DNA of 64,000 nucleotides from Macrostomum lignano (lineage: Eukaryota), in NCBI GenBank assembly GCA_002269645.1, contig NIVC01003516.1, positions 1 through 64,000 on the forward strand. Reading direction: 5' to 3'. Below the pieces are notes generated by a model. That model made no database searches. It was not told where the DNA came from and was given only the letters and a program-made list of their open reading frames with translations. Both the position numbers and the translations under genes were made by a program. Of this stretch, positions 50,501-62,532 are shown piece by piece (within the stretch, counting starts at the first letter, position 1; the number at the start of each line of letters is the position of its first letter).

Positions 50501-53500
50501 TCCTTGCTATGGTTTGAACACCCGTTGCTATGGTTTGAATACCCGTTGCTATGGTTTGAACACCCGTTGCTATGGTTTGAACACCCGTTGCTATGGTTTG
50601 GAGACCCGTTGCTATGGTTTGAACACCGTTGCTATGGTTTGAACACCGTTGCTATGGTTTGAAAACCCGCTGCTATGGTTTGAAGACCCGTTGATATGGT
50701 TTGAACACCCGTTGCTATGGTTTGAAGACCCGTTGATATGCTTTGAACACCCGTTGCTATGGTTTGAACACCCGTTGCTATGGTTTGAACACCCGTTGCT
50801 ATGGCTTAGAGACCCGTTGCTATGGTTTGAAAACCCGCTGCTATGGTTTGAACACCCGTTGCTATGATTCGAAATCTCGTTGCTATGGTTTGAAGACCCG
50901 TTGCTATGGTTTGAAGACCCGTTGCTATGGTTTGAAGACCCGTTGCTATGGTTTGAAGACCCGTTGCTATGGTTTGAAGACCCGTTGCTATGGTTTGAAG
51001 ACCCGTTGCTATGGTTTAAACACCCGGTGCTATAGTTCCATCGCTATCTCTGAAACACATTTGGTTTGAGGAAGGTTCTTTAGCATGTGGCCATTGAATT
51101 TGAGCAAAGAAACAGGAGCACTACTCAAGCCTTGTCGGTTGTGTTTCGGGCAAAACTCACTTTTTATTGCGCATTTTTAAAATAGTTCCGGACGCACCGC
51201 CGCCTGCGTGGACCAGTTTTTTCAAGAGTAACATTTCAAAACAAAAGTAAAAAAATATTCTAATTTAACGCTGATATTTCTGAAGTTGCCGTCACAGAAT
51301 ATTATTAATAACTTGAATGAATTTTGATTTTCATTAACAAAACTGGTTCACACAGATGCGCCTCTCCGTAACTTAATTAAAACCAACTAGCCTAGCAACC
51401 AACCCATTTCTAACAAAATGCCTTTTTCTGCATTGCTTGCTGATTCTCGACAAGCAGGCGGCCACAACCGTAAGTGAAACATGGGGATTGAATTCGTAAA
51501 AAATAATCGTATTTCAGTTTGAGTAATTATCTTTCCTGGCTTCTTTGTGAGCACAACTGACTTGAATAAAATATGTTTTTCTGCACATCGGGTTCTATAC
51601 TGTATGTCTTGTATCCGTAAGTTTTTTCGGGCAACTTTTGCACTAATAGTTCATTTTATGAGCACAAATCTGCTTTGTAATTCATTCTTCCCTAGAAAAT
51701 ATTCAGTCTAAATGTAATATAATTTTTTTTTCATTTTAAACTGTACTAACTGATAACAGTCGACTAATCAGAAACCGCAGCCAATCAGATGCCACAACCA
51801 ATCAAATGTCTTAGCCAATTAGACACTGCAAACAATCAAATGTCTCAGCCAATCAGACACCACAACCAATCGAATGTCTCAGCCAATCAGGCACCGCAAC
51901 CAATCGAATGTCTCAGCCAATCAGACACCACAACCAATCGAATGTCTCAGCCAATCAGACACCACAACCAATCAAATCTCTCAGCCAATCAGACACCGCA
52001 AACAAAAATTAGCCAGTTCAGGTTAACGAGCAATTGTAAAACCACTGTGTTAAGATCAGACTAAGCAATAGCCACTTAAATGCTTTTAGAGTAATACTGT
52101 TTTCATCCAGCCTTAACTCAAATCTGATCATAAATTTTTCCTTTCTCTTTCTTTTCTTCCTCCACAACTTTTAGCCAGACAGGGAGAGCCGTCAGAGTCG
52201 CCCAGATTCGTCTCACGCAACGGTACTCAAGATTTGCTTTGCTTGCCCATCTCTATGCATTCTGTGTGTGAGCTGACACCAACGGTTATTCGCTCTGCAA
52301 CAATAATAACTGATGAATGTGTGAAATATTTGCATTAATTTTTATTAATTTCTACTTATATTGAAATTCAAAAGCTCGCATGCAGTGCAGTGTTCTCTAA
52401 TTAAGCCAAAGCAACATCAGCAAATCGCTCGCAATGTGACTCCAAACTGTCCATGTATTTTTGAAATAGTTTTTTGAATCGGTGATGTTGATAAAGCACT
52501 TGTTTATCCCTCGGTAATTCTAAAGATTAGCAAGGTTATCCCTCGATAATTCTAAAGATTAGCAAGATTATCCCTCGATAATCCTAAAGATAAGTAAGAT
52601 TATCCCTCGATAATCCTAAAGATAAGTAAGATTAGCCCTCGATAATCCTAAAGATAAGTAAGATTAGCCCTCGATAATCCTAAAGATTAGCAAGATTAGC
52701 CCTCGATAATCCTAAAGATAAGTAAGATTATCCCTCGATAATCCTAAAGATAAGTAAGATTAGCCCTCGATAATCCTAAAGATTAGCAAGATTATCCCTC
52801 GATAATCCTAAAGATAAGCAAGATTAGCCCTCGGTAATTTTGCCACACAAGCATTAAGACAATTTTCGTACAGTAACCTACTAGAGCACACAACCACTAT
52901 TTAATATTGTCTTGCCTGATTAACAACATTTTTAAGTGTACTTGCCCTTTTTGCTGTGACTTTGTGCTCCCTTTTGTTTAAATGATTAAAATAAGATGTT
53001 TACTGTTTGATTTTTTTAAGCCAAGGTTAAAACACGCGATATTTTGGACATTTTATAAAATTCGCGTCATATTGAGTAGTCTGCATTTGTTACTATCAGT
53101 AGTAGTCTTGAGAAACGCACATTAAAAAAAGCTGAATAATAAAAAAACGCCTCCCCGCAGCCGCCGCCCAGCCGCAAGGGTGCGGACAGGCCGGGCAGCG
53201 TTCGCAGCATCGACAAAGATAAGGATAAGAAGTCTGCCGCAGCTGCCGCCAAGACTGCCGGCAAGGGGAAAAAGGTGAGCCTTGAGCTTTTAGGGGAGAA
53301 ATAGGAGTCAAGTTGGTAATTTGGTACAAATTTTGGGATATGCAGGTGGGTGGGAGATGCAGGTACAAGAGAGGATGAAGTGGTAAGAATAGGGGTAATA
53401 AGAAACATGCTATAGAGAGGGTGTTTTGAAAGGGGAGAGTGTGGTGAGAGACAGGGAGAGTGTGGTGAGAGACGGAGAGGATGGTGAGAGACAGGGAGAG

Positions 53501-56500
53501 GATGGTGAGAGACAGGGAGAGGATGGTGAGAGACAGGGGAGAGGATGGTGAGAGACAGGGGAGAGGGTGGTGAGAGACAGGGGAGAGGGTGGTGAGAGAC
53601 AGGGGAGGGGTCGTGAGAGACAGGGGAGAGTGTGGTGAGAGACAGGGGAGAGTGTGGTGAGAGACAGGGGAGAGTGTGGTGAGAGACAGATGAGAGGGTG
53701 GTGAGAGACAGGGGAGAGGGTGGTGGGAGACAGGGGAGAGAGTGGTGAGAGACAGGGGAGAGGGTGTTGAGAGACAGGGGAGAGGGCGGTGAGAGACAGG
53801 GGAGAGTGTGGTGAGAGACAGGGGAGAGGGTGTTAAGAGACAGGGGAGAGGGTGGTTAGAGACAGGGGAGAGGGTGGTGAGAGACAGAGAGAGGGTGGTG
53901 AGAGACAGGGAGAGGGTGGTGAGAGACAGGGGAGAGGGTGTTGAGAGACAGGGGAGAGGGTGTTGAGAGACAGGGGAGAGGGCGGTGAGAGACAGGGGAG
54001 AGGGTGTTGAGAGACAGGGGAGAGGGCGGTGAGAGACAGGGGAGAGGGTGGTGAGAGACAGGGGAGAGGGCGGTGAGAGACAGGGGAGAGGGTGGTGAGA
54101 GACAGGGGAGAGGGTGGTGGGAGACAGGGAGAGGGTGGTGAGAGACAGGGAGAGGGCGGTGAGAGACAGGGGAGAGGGTGGTGAGAGACGGGGAAGAGGG
54201 TGGTCAGAGACATTAGAGGAGGAAGGTGACAGTTTGCAAATCGCCAGGCAAATAAAGGTGCAAGGTGTGATCCGGGAACAAAGAAGACAGAAGCCGAAGA
54301 TGACCCTGCCCTGTAAAAACTGCTTCTAATAGGACGAGAAGGCCAAACCGGACGATAAAGCAAAGGGAAAAGCGGCATCCAAGGAGGACCCAAAAGCGAA
54401 GGGCAAAGGTGAGTTGAGGCTTGTTGCTCAGCCGTTTAGCATTCAGTGAGTTGGATGGTGTTAACTGGCTCTGACATAATTCCCACAGCTGCTCAGGCCA
54501 GCGAGAAGGACGCCAAGGCGGGCGCCAAGTCCGGCAAAGGTCGCGGCGCCAGGGTCAAGGTCTCAACGCCTCAGCCGGAACCGGAGGTCAGATTGTACTT
54601 TAGTATGGAGTTCTTAATTTCTTAGAACTGCTCTGGTGCTGGTTGGACCGGAGATTGGCAGTCAAGCAAAGATTCCAACAAGTTTCAATATTTTCCTATC
54701 TGTTTGTGCATTTCTGTATGAACAAAACCTTATTTACGAGCCGTAGCATAGCGCCACAGAGCAAATCTTTGAGAACTTCTTTCTAATGATATGTCTGAAA
54801 ATGTTTTGATGAACTTGTGAAACGAACTTTGGAATTTAGAAGCTCAGAAGAAGAGGGTGAGCTACTGTCCAATTTAGTGCTAAAAACTGAAAACTAAGAA
54901 GGATGGACGCAGGGGGCCATAGTCTGTAGGCTAGCGTGGCGCTCTGATGTGCCAGCGGCCCAGACTCGATTCCAAGTGCAGTCGCATTAATTTGGGGCTA
55001 AATTGGAATCTCGGCTTGGCTCTGCTCGTGCAATTAACGCCCTTGAGGGTCAACTCCCAAGACACAGTGAAGTGTACATTTCGCTGTGTACACTCCTGTG
55101 TGAGTGTGTGCCTGTGTGTATGACTGCGTACATATCCGCGCGCTTGTGTGCCTGCTCAGGGGAGTCGGCGGAATGGGCATCGCTCAAAGTGCGGTAAGGT
55201 GCAGACAACCCCCTGACTCTAATATAAAAAATAGATGGATGGACGCTGCCTAGATGTGTCCCATGTCTAACATCTAAGATTCTAACAATGATGCAGTCAC
55301 GTCCTCAACCCCTCACAGCAAGTCGAGGTCCACTTCGACTCGGAGCACCCGCTGCTGGAACGTGCCGACGCCAGCTACGCGCCTGGTCACCTGCTGGTGC
55401 CCGGGAACTACGCCCTGGCACTGCTGAACCTGTCCCGTGAGTTCCAACTGCGAGTTTTTCTACGTTTAATTGCATTTCTTGCTTCTCTGGAATTTGTTTT
55501 ATTTTTACAACGGATAGATGAAAATTGAAATGTTTTTTCGTAAAAAATCCTAATACTTTGAAATTTATTATTTATATTTTCACCAGGAATGACGCCGGAA
55601 AAAGTGACCAGATTATTTCGATAACGTAATTCCCAGCTTCCTCCATTCACTGAGCAATCAAAGCTTGCGATATGTTGCGATATTCACTGCTCCAATGTTA
55701 ACTACGTGTAGCTATTAAAAAATTCAGCGTTTCACGCGTGCTGTAACCGCGAGGTATTTCAATAAGGCCTCAATTGTATTTTCTATCGCTAATAAAAAAT
55801 CTCCCACGTCACTCTTGATGGCAATCTTCAAGATTCGTTCAAATTTGCGCCAAAATAAAACCAAGTTAAACAGCTTTTCAAACCGTTAAAAAAATAATTC
55901 TAAACATTATTTTAAATCAAAGTTTTAGTTCAAAAAATAACTTCAAGAGTGTTCAAAATTTGTGTTCACAATGTCCCTTGTTGTACTGAACTTATTGTAC
56001 TTATTTTACTGAACGAACGACTCTTGAATGCTGCCCAAATCAATCAATGTACAATCGTGCACAACTTTTACAAGATCAACAAAAAATTTATTTTCTTATT
56101 TACTTATATAACTAAACAATATTGTTAAAGCCGTTGTGACGACTAAACCTCGTAGGCAATCACATCACGGATCGTGGCGTTGACGAATGGAAAACGGCTA
56201 TTAAATACCAGGCGGCTTACATGGCCAAGCAGAAAGTGCACGGAACTGGCATGCTGAAGCTCATGCTGCAGGTGAGAGTTCGGACCCTGCGGTATTTTCC
56301 TTTGTCCGTTCGAGAAAAACAGTTAAAAAACACGTTGTTCGGTCCATTATAATGCCAACTGTGGTTTGTGCCACGGTGTTGCAGAGTTCAATGAAGAGCC
56401 AATCAGAAGGCAGCGAGGGGGGGGAACAGAGTAAACAGAGATGAGGCCAGATGAACTGAATACGGGCTCGTAGATGACTAAGACAGATCTGATTTCCTCC

Positions 56501-56953
56501 ATCAAATAGTCTATGTCGAAATCCCATTCAGCACTGTGCGTTCTTCGGAGCATACTACTTGTACATGTTTATATAAATCAGAAGCCCTCACAGCCTTTCT
56601 ATCCGACCCTCGGGTCCTTTGAAACTTCTCTCCTCTCCCTCATCTTCTGTTCTCTCCCTTCTCCTCTCCCCTCGCCTATATCTCCTTTATTCTCGCCTCC
56701 TCTCTCTCCTCTCCTCTGGCCCACAGTCATGCGCTGGGTTCTATACGAGCGTGTCTGGCCCTTGAGGTAACAAAGTTTGCCGACCCCTGATGTAAATGCA
56801 GCATAGTGAGAGAGGCAACTTAGCGTTGGCGTCAGATTGTTTATTTTTGCGCCGCAGGGAAACCCGTTCTCAACGGAAACGGACAACTACAAAGCATTGG
56901 AAGACGCGTTGAATGCTCGAGATCCGCTGAGGCCCGGGGTTGCCGACACCTGA
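32545..56953 (+). CDS. LRRC71: LRRC71-like leucine-rich repeat protein; 14 exons (32545-32596, 33065-33183, 33836-33944, 35064-35274, 47270-47419, 47514-47673, 48912-49079, 52175-52222, 53161-53274, 54333-54408, 54489-54586, 55319-55436, 56156-56271, 56858-56953), ~544 aa
   Basis: All junctions are GT-AG and phase-compatible (1635 nt, open). Recognisable motifs: QTDFAELC, IQVEM...EVFIKDWK, NLWRV, LRTNRTLLHLSLSNNRLTDRSA...FFLTHEETVQRRRL, EHPLLE, PGNYALALLNLSRNHITD. Confidence 0.85.
35322..36538 (+). repeat. Left terminal inverted repeat
   Basis: Reverse complement of 43785-45021; the 72-aa spurious ORF is identical in both copies (35852..36070 and 44250..44468). Confidence 0.95.
36550..41768 (-). 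CDS. polB: Protein-primed family B DNA polymerase; 7 exons (41768-41708, 40807-40763, 40689-40121, 39942-38045, 37927-37380, 37303-37011, 36943-36550), ~1269 aa after restoring two single-G frameshifts
   Basis: ExoI YYDFET, ExoII AHNGSAYD, KDSLNF, KGDFPH, ExoIII YCLQD, FGGRTE, motif A DA|VSLYP, motif B KIFLNS|(LW)GKF, motif C YADTDS|V, GPKLY, KCKGI, C-terminal PYGF. Consensus GTRAGT donors and pyrimidine-rich AG acceptors in compatible phases. Confidence 0.9.
41780..41984. promoter_or_regulatory. Candidate bidirectional promoter between polB and the PC4-like gene
   Basis: TATATAAA at 41933-41940 (+), 45 bp before ATG 41985; TATATA on the minus strand at ~41821-41826, before ATG 41768; ATTGG at 41853-41857. 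Confidence 0.5.
41985..42521 (+). CDS. Putative PC4-like single-stranded DNA-binding protein, 178 aa
   Basis: IEIRRLY...GVWKDGFPAIYLSEVEWKKL resembles the PC4 core; a second similar block IRLRRNW...TIEFTPELWRRM; NLS-like PAKRAR; upstream TATA box. Confidence 0.55.
   Translation: MSSSIALYENFVARKPTFETEHDLIEIRRLYTDEAGVWKDGFPAIYLSEVEWKKLEAARPDLEAAARLHVDKRVVLGSFKAAEASQGRIRLRRNWLNRDPKFNWRYTIEFTPELWRRMFAARLGKLFKPKAPPPAKRARTETSPVARTEEEEENLQVAGLKPYQSPPWENLFDESQRW
42634..43609 (+). CDS. Acidic Ala/Asp/Ser-rich orphan protein (246 aa as written; may extend to 43609 via a frameshift and one intron)
   Basis: Open frame with its own TATATAA (42557) and ATTGG (42528). The stop follows a G7 run (43364-43370); the adjacent frame continues ADLREVLEAETLHQDW...APM; GTAAGA donor at 43505 and TTGCAG acceptor at 43594. 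Confidence 0.5.
43785..45021 (-). repeat. Right terminal inverted repeat
   Basis: Reverse complement of 35322-36538. Confidence 0.95.
45125..47214 (-). mobile_element. Second copy of the 11749-12084 hAT MITE family, swollen by an internal 21-bp minisatellite (~45283-47141, ~88 copies)
   Basis: Ends CAGGCGCGTCGCCA / TGGAGACGCCCCTG; shares CATGCCAATGCTTTGTCCCCC and CCACCATAAAATCCATGG with copy 1; unit AAAATGAGTGCCTGCGGCGCT; no clean TSD. Confidence 0.85.
47684..48779. repeat. 20-bp minisatellite (CCAGATCCTTTCCCGATATG)
   Basis: Read directly; LRRC71 intron 6. Confidence 0.95.
49368..51033. repeat. 21-bp minisatellite (GTTGCTATGGTTTGAACACCC)
   Basis: Read directly; LRRC71 intron 7. Confidence 0.95.
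51775..52005. repeat. 34-bp tandem repeat with two CCAAT boxes per unit, ~6-7 copies
   Basis: Unit AGCCAATCAGACACCACAACCAATCGAATGTCTC. Confidence 0.9.
52503..52838. repeat. 32-bp tandem repeat (ATTATCCCTCGATAATCCTAAAGATAAGTAAG), ~10 copies
   Basis: Read directly; LRRC71 intron 8. Confidence 0.9.
53432..54205. repeat. ~20-bp G-rich minisatellite (GGTGAGAGACAGGGGAGAGG)
   Basis: Read directly; LRRC71 intron 9. Confidence 0.95.
54911..55231 (+). mobile_element. tRNA-derived SINE family 2, copy 2
   Basis: Shares GCGCTCTGATGTG...TCGATTCCAAGTGCAGTCGCATTAATTTGGGGCTAAATTGGAATCTCGG with 24063-24412. Confidence 0.7.
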
Positions 56954-57871
56954 CGGGCTTGAGCGCAACTAATGGCCTGCTTATTGACAAAAAACCCATT
57001 TTTATAATATTTCTGAGTATACGATTCTCGTTTCGAATCGTTTAAGTTTATAACAACCAAAATGGATTTTTTCGGTGCTTAACACACTGTACTGTAAGTA
57101 GTTTATGGTTAAATAAGATGACCTTCTGATGTAAATGTTTAAAATTAAAGTTATTTTGAGATTAATTACAGTGTTGCAACCCAGCACCCAATTGAACTCT
57201 TTTTCTGCAAAACAGTCCGCGTCTGAAAACCTCTCATTGGATTCGAATTATTGTCACTTTACTCTGAGGTTTATGAGTAGATCGGTTCTATAACTTTCAA
57301 CATAATGCCTTTTTGGGCTGGGTTCTCAAGCATCATTTTTCTGGAATTCAGTTTGAGTTGCTCTCTTATCCAGACCTTCTGCAGCGAACCCATTACCTTT
57401 AAAATATCTGCGTCCTCGTCCGCAGTTCTTGCACACTTCTGTCGGTAACTGTCATTAAATGAGATCAAACAGGAATGCTAAAATGGATTTCAGAACCCTC
57501 TTATTTTACTTTTGAAGATGACGTGTAAATTAATAAATTAATCAGAATGATTTTTAGCTCTGTATGAAAAATCAAAAGCTACAAAATAATCTGGGCCTTC
57601 TTATTTATTTATTTATCGGTGTTTAAATGTAAAATACATTTCTGAGAGGCATGGCCTCACATCTTGTGTCACTGCACCGACATCAAGGAGGTTAGCATTG
57701 CACAGACACTGGACACTCTACTGCATGAAAAATACGAGTGGGTGATCGACAGTAAAAACTGAGGAGAAACCGAGTGCAGAGGCATTCAAAAGCTGCTACT
57801 GTATGCCAGAGAGGCTGCTATGGTCGCCTCTCTTCTGTTGGGAAACTCTGCAGGGAAAGAAGTCTCAGGAG

Positions 57872-59340
57872 CTACAGTTGCTCCCGCACGCGACGTCCTG
57901 AGCGACGTCCAGGCGCTACCGAAGTCGGCATCAGCGGCCTGCCGCCGCCAAGGCAGCCTGGCAGGGAGGCCCGAATCACCTGCTGAGCCTGATGCGGCTC
58001 CGTTGTCACCTGGTGATGCATCGAGCCAGCGGAAGCCAGGCAGGACGACTGTTGACTGGCCTTGGAGCACTGGCACGACTCGCACTGGCCACAGCCGACC
58101 AGCTCCAGCATCAGATTCAGCCGGCTGACCACCACCTGCTGGAAATCGTTGCTGCTGTTGGTGTGGTGCTGCTGGTATTGTTGCTGAGGCTGAGGCTCAG
58201 AGAAGCTGGCATCCTGGCCCTGATCCCCAGACGAGAGCATCGGCATGCTGGAGTTCAACTTAGTGCTTGATGAGAAGACTGTCGGCTGGTATTCAGTCGT
58301 CATCTTGCCAACGCGCTGGTGCTGCTGAGGTTGCTGCTGCTGACGGCAGAACTCGGCTGCCTCTTGCTGCATCATGGACGGCACCTGCGGCAGTCGCTGC
58401 TGCTGCTGACGACGCAACTGCGGCTTGCCGTCGGCTGTGACGGTGGGGCTGCGGCCGTACAGGGTGCTTTGAGGCTCGTCGAACTGAGTGCTTAGCGCAG
58501 TCGGATCGGCCCGGTGTCTGCCGGTAGTGGTCTGCGGTTGCTGCATGCAGGTGTCTGGAACCGGTACCTTACACGATCGCTGACTCTGCTTGTGTGCGCA
58601 ACCCATGCTGGCCTTATTGGGTCTCTGCGGCTTCTGCTGCTGAATTTGCATCTCCATTTGCTGTTGCTGCTGCCTGCTGCGAGACTGTTTGCCGCCAGTG
58701 GCTCTGGGCTGGGGACTCTGATCGTACAGGAAAATCTGCTGCTGGTGATGGAGGCGGCTGTTGCCACAGCTTCTGATGGCATCTTCTGAGACATTCGGGT
58801 GTCGCTTCGGAGCCTGCAGAGGTTAGGTAAGAGGTTAGGAGCACAGATATTTCCCGCTTCAGTGTAAATGCAAACTGCATCTGATTTACACGTACTTACC
58901 CGAACTTCTAGTGGAGGATTCTCCAATGAGCTGCAGTCGCTCTCTTCATTTGAAGACGGTCCTATTGGGTCATTGGCGCTGACGTACTCGACTGGAACTT
59001 TACTGCAGGTTCGCTGCGTTTGCTGGGCTTGCATATCGGATGGCTGCTGCTGATGCATCCTTGACAATGCGGTCTGTCTCTGGTGGAACTGTTGCTGCTG
59101 CTGCCATTGCTGAGGCTGTTGCTGTTTCTGCTGCAGATGTTGGCGCCTGCAGCTGGAAGTGACAACTGATGCCGACTTCTTCGATTTGTAGATCTTGTGA
59201 GGCTCCATACTGTGATCGCCGCTATCCATCGGCCTCATCGGAGGCTGGTAGCTGCTGTCTTCGTCATCGTAGGCATCGTCATCCATCGGGCTGGCACAGT
59301 GGTATTGCTGATGCGTCATCGGCGACATTGATGGCTGCAT
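57872..59340 (-). CDS. Glutamine-rich low-complexity protein of unknown family; exons 59340-58900 and 58813-57872, ~460 aa
   Basis: A GTAAGT donor (58899) and CTGCAG acceptor (58814) join two long ORFs in frame; CAG-rich coding-like composition. The termini are uncertain. Confidence 0.6.
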
Positions 59341-62300
59341 GTTTAATGACGCTGCTTACGAGTATTTGGTCTGACTGAGAATTCAAGTATAGTGTTTCGA
59401 CTTTTCAGGGAGCTCTAAAAGGCAAGCTGTTAGCTCGTACACTACATTTTCGTCTGGATATGATTACGTGTATTATAGACTAGTTTAGTTTTTTTCAATT
59501 GCCTATTTTTCCATAGACCAATAGCTAGATTAATTTTTCACATGTGCATGCATATAAGCATTTAAGCTTAAAAAATAACAAATCGAATCTGGCGGATCAT
59601 AGATGAACCAAGGACTACTCAAGTAGCTAGTCTACTACTTGAGTAGTCTTTGAGATAGACTCTCTAGAATTATTGCTCTTTAGGTTTGCCACAGAGACAG
59701 AGGCATCGGCTTGTTTATCTCAAATTTTGAAGGCACCTACAGAGTGAGGTGTCCACAAACTTTATTGTATATGTCACAATTAATTAAGCTGTACATGTGC
59801 ATCTAATTTTTACATGTATAAACTGATTTTATGGCCAGAAAGATTTACATAAAAACAGTTCCACGCGGTTTTTAGTGAAGATCGTCTACATGTATTCATT
59901 TACAGAAATCTTAGCCAGAAACTGAGAAACTTCGTGTAAAACTAGGTTAATTTTTTGTGCGATAGGGATGATGCAGCATCCTGACTTTTCAAAATCCCAT
60001 CTCAGATAAGACATTCACATTAGATGCGATTTTGCATCATAGTGCCAGTAAAAAACTCAGGCTAGGTTTTTTTATGCAATATGCACATTAGATGCAATAT
60101 GCATCTTATTAGCGCCAGCGAAAAAAACCTTATTAGCGCCAGCGTATGACCCTAAATCTAAGAAAGAGCCCTTATCTTAGAAAGCTTAATTGATCCAACG
60201 AGCGTAAGAGCACTTTTGTGAATTTTATGATAGACCACTATTTTTAGTAGTACCACTTAATAACGAAAAGTTTCTTTAAATTTGTTCTGATAACAGGCAT
60301 TTTCTTTCCGCGCGGGTTCTATATCTTGGTTGTTCTATGTAATAACAAAACAACACAGAATAAATTTAGTTAGAAAGCACTTACTTTTTAAGGTAGTATA
60401 TTTCCTTACTGAAAGTATTAAACAGATAAAAAAAACCGCTTTTTAAAGAAGCAAACTGACCTAATCTAAACCGATTTTATCGGAAGAAATTGAAATCGAA
60501 ATTTTATCGCATTTTAAGTTCCACCATGTGAAAGTTATTATTTTTCATTTTCTTTTTGCCATCTAAGAATAGATTATAGCGTAGCGTGCTCATTAGTGCT
60601 TATCTAATTTCTTTTTGTCTTAATTGCCTATGATTTGATTTGTTCGGTCTGTAACTTCATTTTCAGTTTTATTCTGTGATTCTGTATCATTGTATAAGGC
60701 CTACCTAATACAGACTGGGCTGACTGACCTACTGAGACCAGCTAATTAATATTTAAACCACATAATAATCGCAATGTGTTGCTATTTATGATAAAGATTT
60801 GGCACATAAACCCTTTTGTATGACTAGAGATTAGTGGTGCTGGAACTCAATCTATGACAGGCTAAGTCTATAAGACTTAGACTATAGTATCATTATAGCA
60901 TTAGTAAACCAACTAAGATTAAGAATGTTTGTGAAAAATGAATGTGTTTAATTAATTTAAACCATTTATATTTATATATTTTATATAAAATTGAAACTGG
61001 CTCTGATTCCAAGCAATTAATATATTTAGTAATAAAAAGCTTCTTATTTTAATAAGCAGTTCAACTGTTCAAGACTATTTATTACTTTAATTTTATTGGA
61101 CAGTTAATTTCATTATTAAAATAAATGATTAGATATTAGAATACTGGTTCCATATTTTTAAGACTGCAGAAAAACAATCTTTTAAATTTATAATTTTTGT
61201 ATAGGCCTTAATCAGTGGACAATGATTTTCTTCCTATTAAACTCTCCACTATAATTGTGGGGCTATGATTTATTTGTGAGTAAAAATAATAAAGTATAGT
61301 TTTAATGAGTAAATACAATTTAGTCAATAATAGCATTTGATATACTTTATATAGGCTATATACTACTATTATTATTGTAATATACTATCCCTCATTATCA
61401 CACCACCATATCATGTACTACCAAAAGCCATATCAATGTGTGCCAACTTTTTTCATATAAACAAAGTGCATGCTAGACCATTCCAGGATAAACAATATCT
61501 TCCAAAATATTAATATTAAGTTTAAGTTAAGTATTCTATATAGCCTTTTTATAATGTTCTATAAAATAATTTTTGTAGTAAAATTAAAATGCTTGCAATA
61601 TAAGTTAAGACCCACAATAATTTTTCTATGTGCTTTTATAGAGAATTTTTATTATCATTGCCCAAACTTGCTTTACCATCTTGAAGAGGTTAAGAGTCAT
61701 TGGATTAGGCAGAATTGCCTCAATGCTATACCTTTTCATGTTTAATTTTGACCAAAGTCCAGCATTAGCCAGTCTGAATTGTCTGAATTGATTTCCACTA
61801 GTTTTTAAAAAACTGGACTTTGATCAAAATTGAATGTGAAAAGGTGTAGTAGTAGCGCTATGCTATAACTAAAGAATAAAAATATTAGACTTTGCTAATA
61901 CTAGGGTCTTGTGGTTAAATCCTGGTTTATTTCAAGGAAATATTTTTGTCCTCTATACAGTATGTTATAAGAATCTTTAAAATCAACATAGAAGCCAATT
62001 AAAAGTTTGTGTTGAATTTTGAAAAGTACTTTTTTAATACTCAGTGCTCTAAATTATTATTTTGGAGGTAAAATAAAATGTTTGTTTCACTTGATAGTAT
62101 ATGAAAGAATTGACCAAAGTGAAAAAAATTATTCAACAATATCTATTTTGAACTTTTGTTTTTGAAAAATCCAGACACTAGAACAACTAGATGGGCCACT
62201 CAGCACATTTGCATGCAAGCTACTTTCAGTTCAATAGTAAGTTAAACTGAAGCATTTTAATGTAGTCTTGAAGACAAGGCTCATTTATTGGCTTCTACCC

Positions 62301-62532
62301 CAAACTTAAACCCTCAAACTCCACACAGATCCCAGTATTTTGTTCCATAATTGCAGGATTCACTACTACTCTTGCTAACAAAACTAGACTGAGTAGTCTG
62401 TTTTGAGTTCTGCTTTGAATCTAGGCTTGCTTGCTCTCTAGCATGATATTTTCTATTCTACTAGTACTTGAGCATTGCCCGGTCCATGGTCTCCATTAAC
62501 TTCATGCTTCAGCTACTTTGCTGCCAGTGAGG

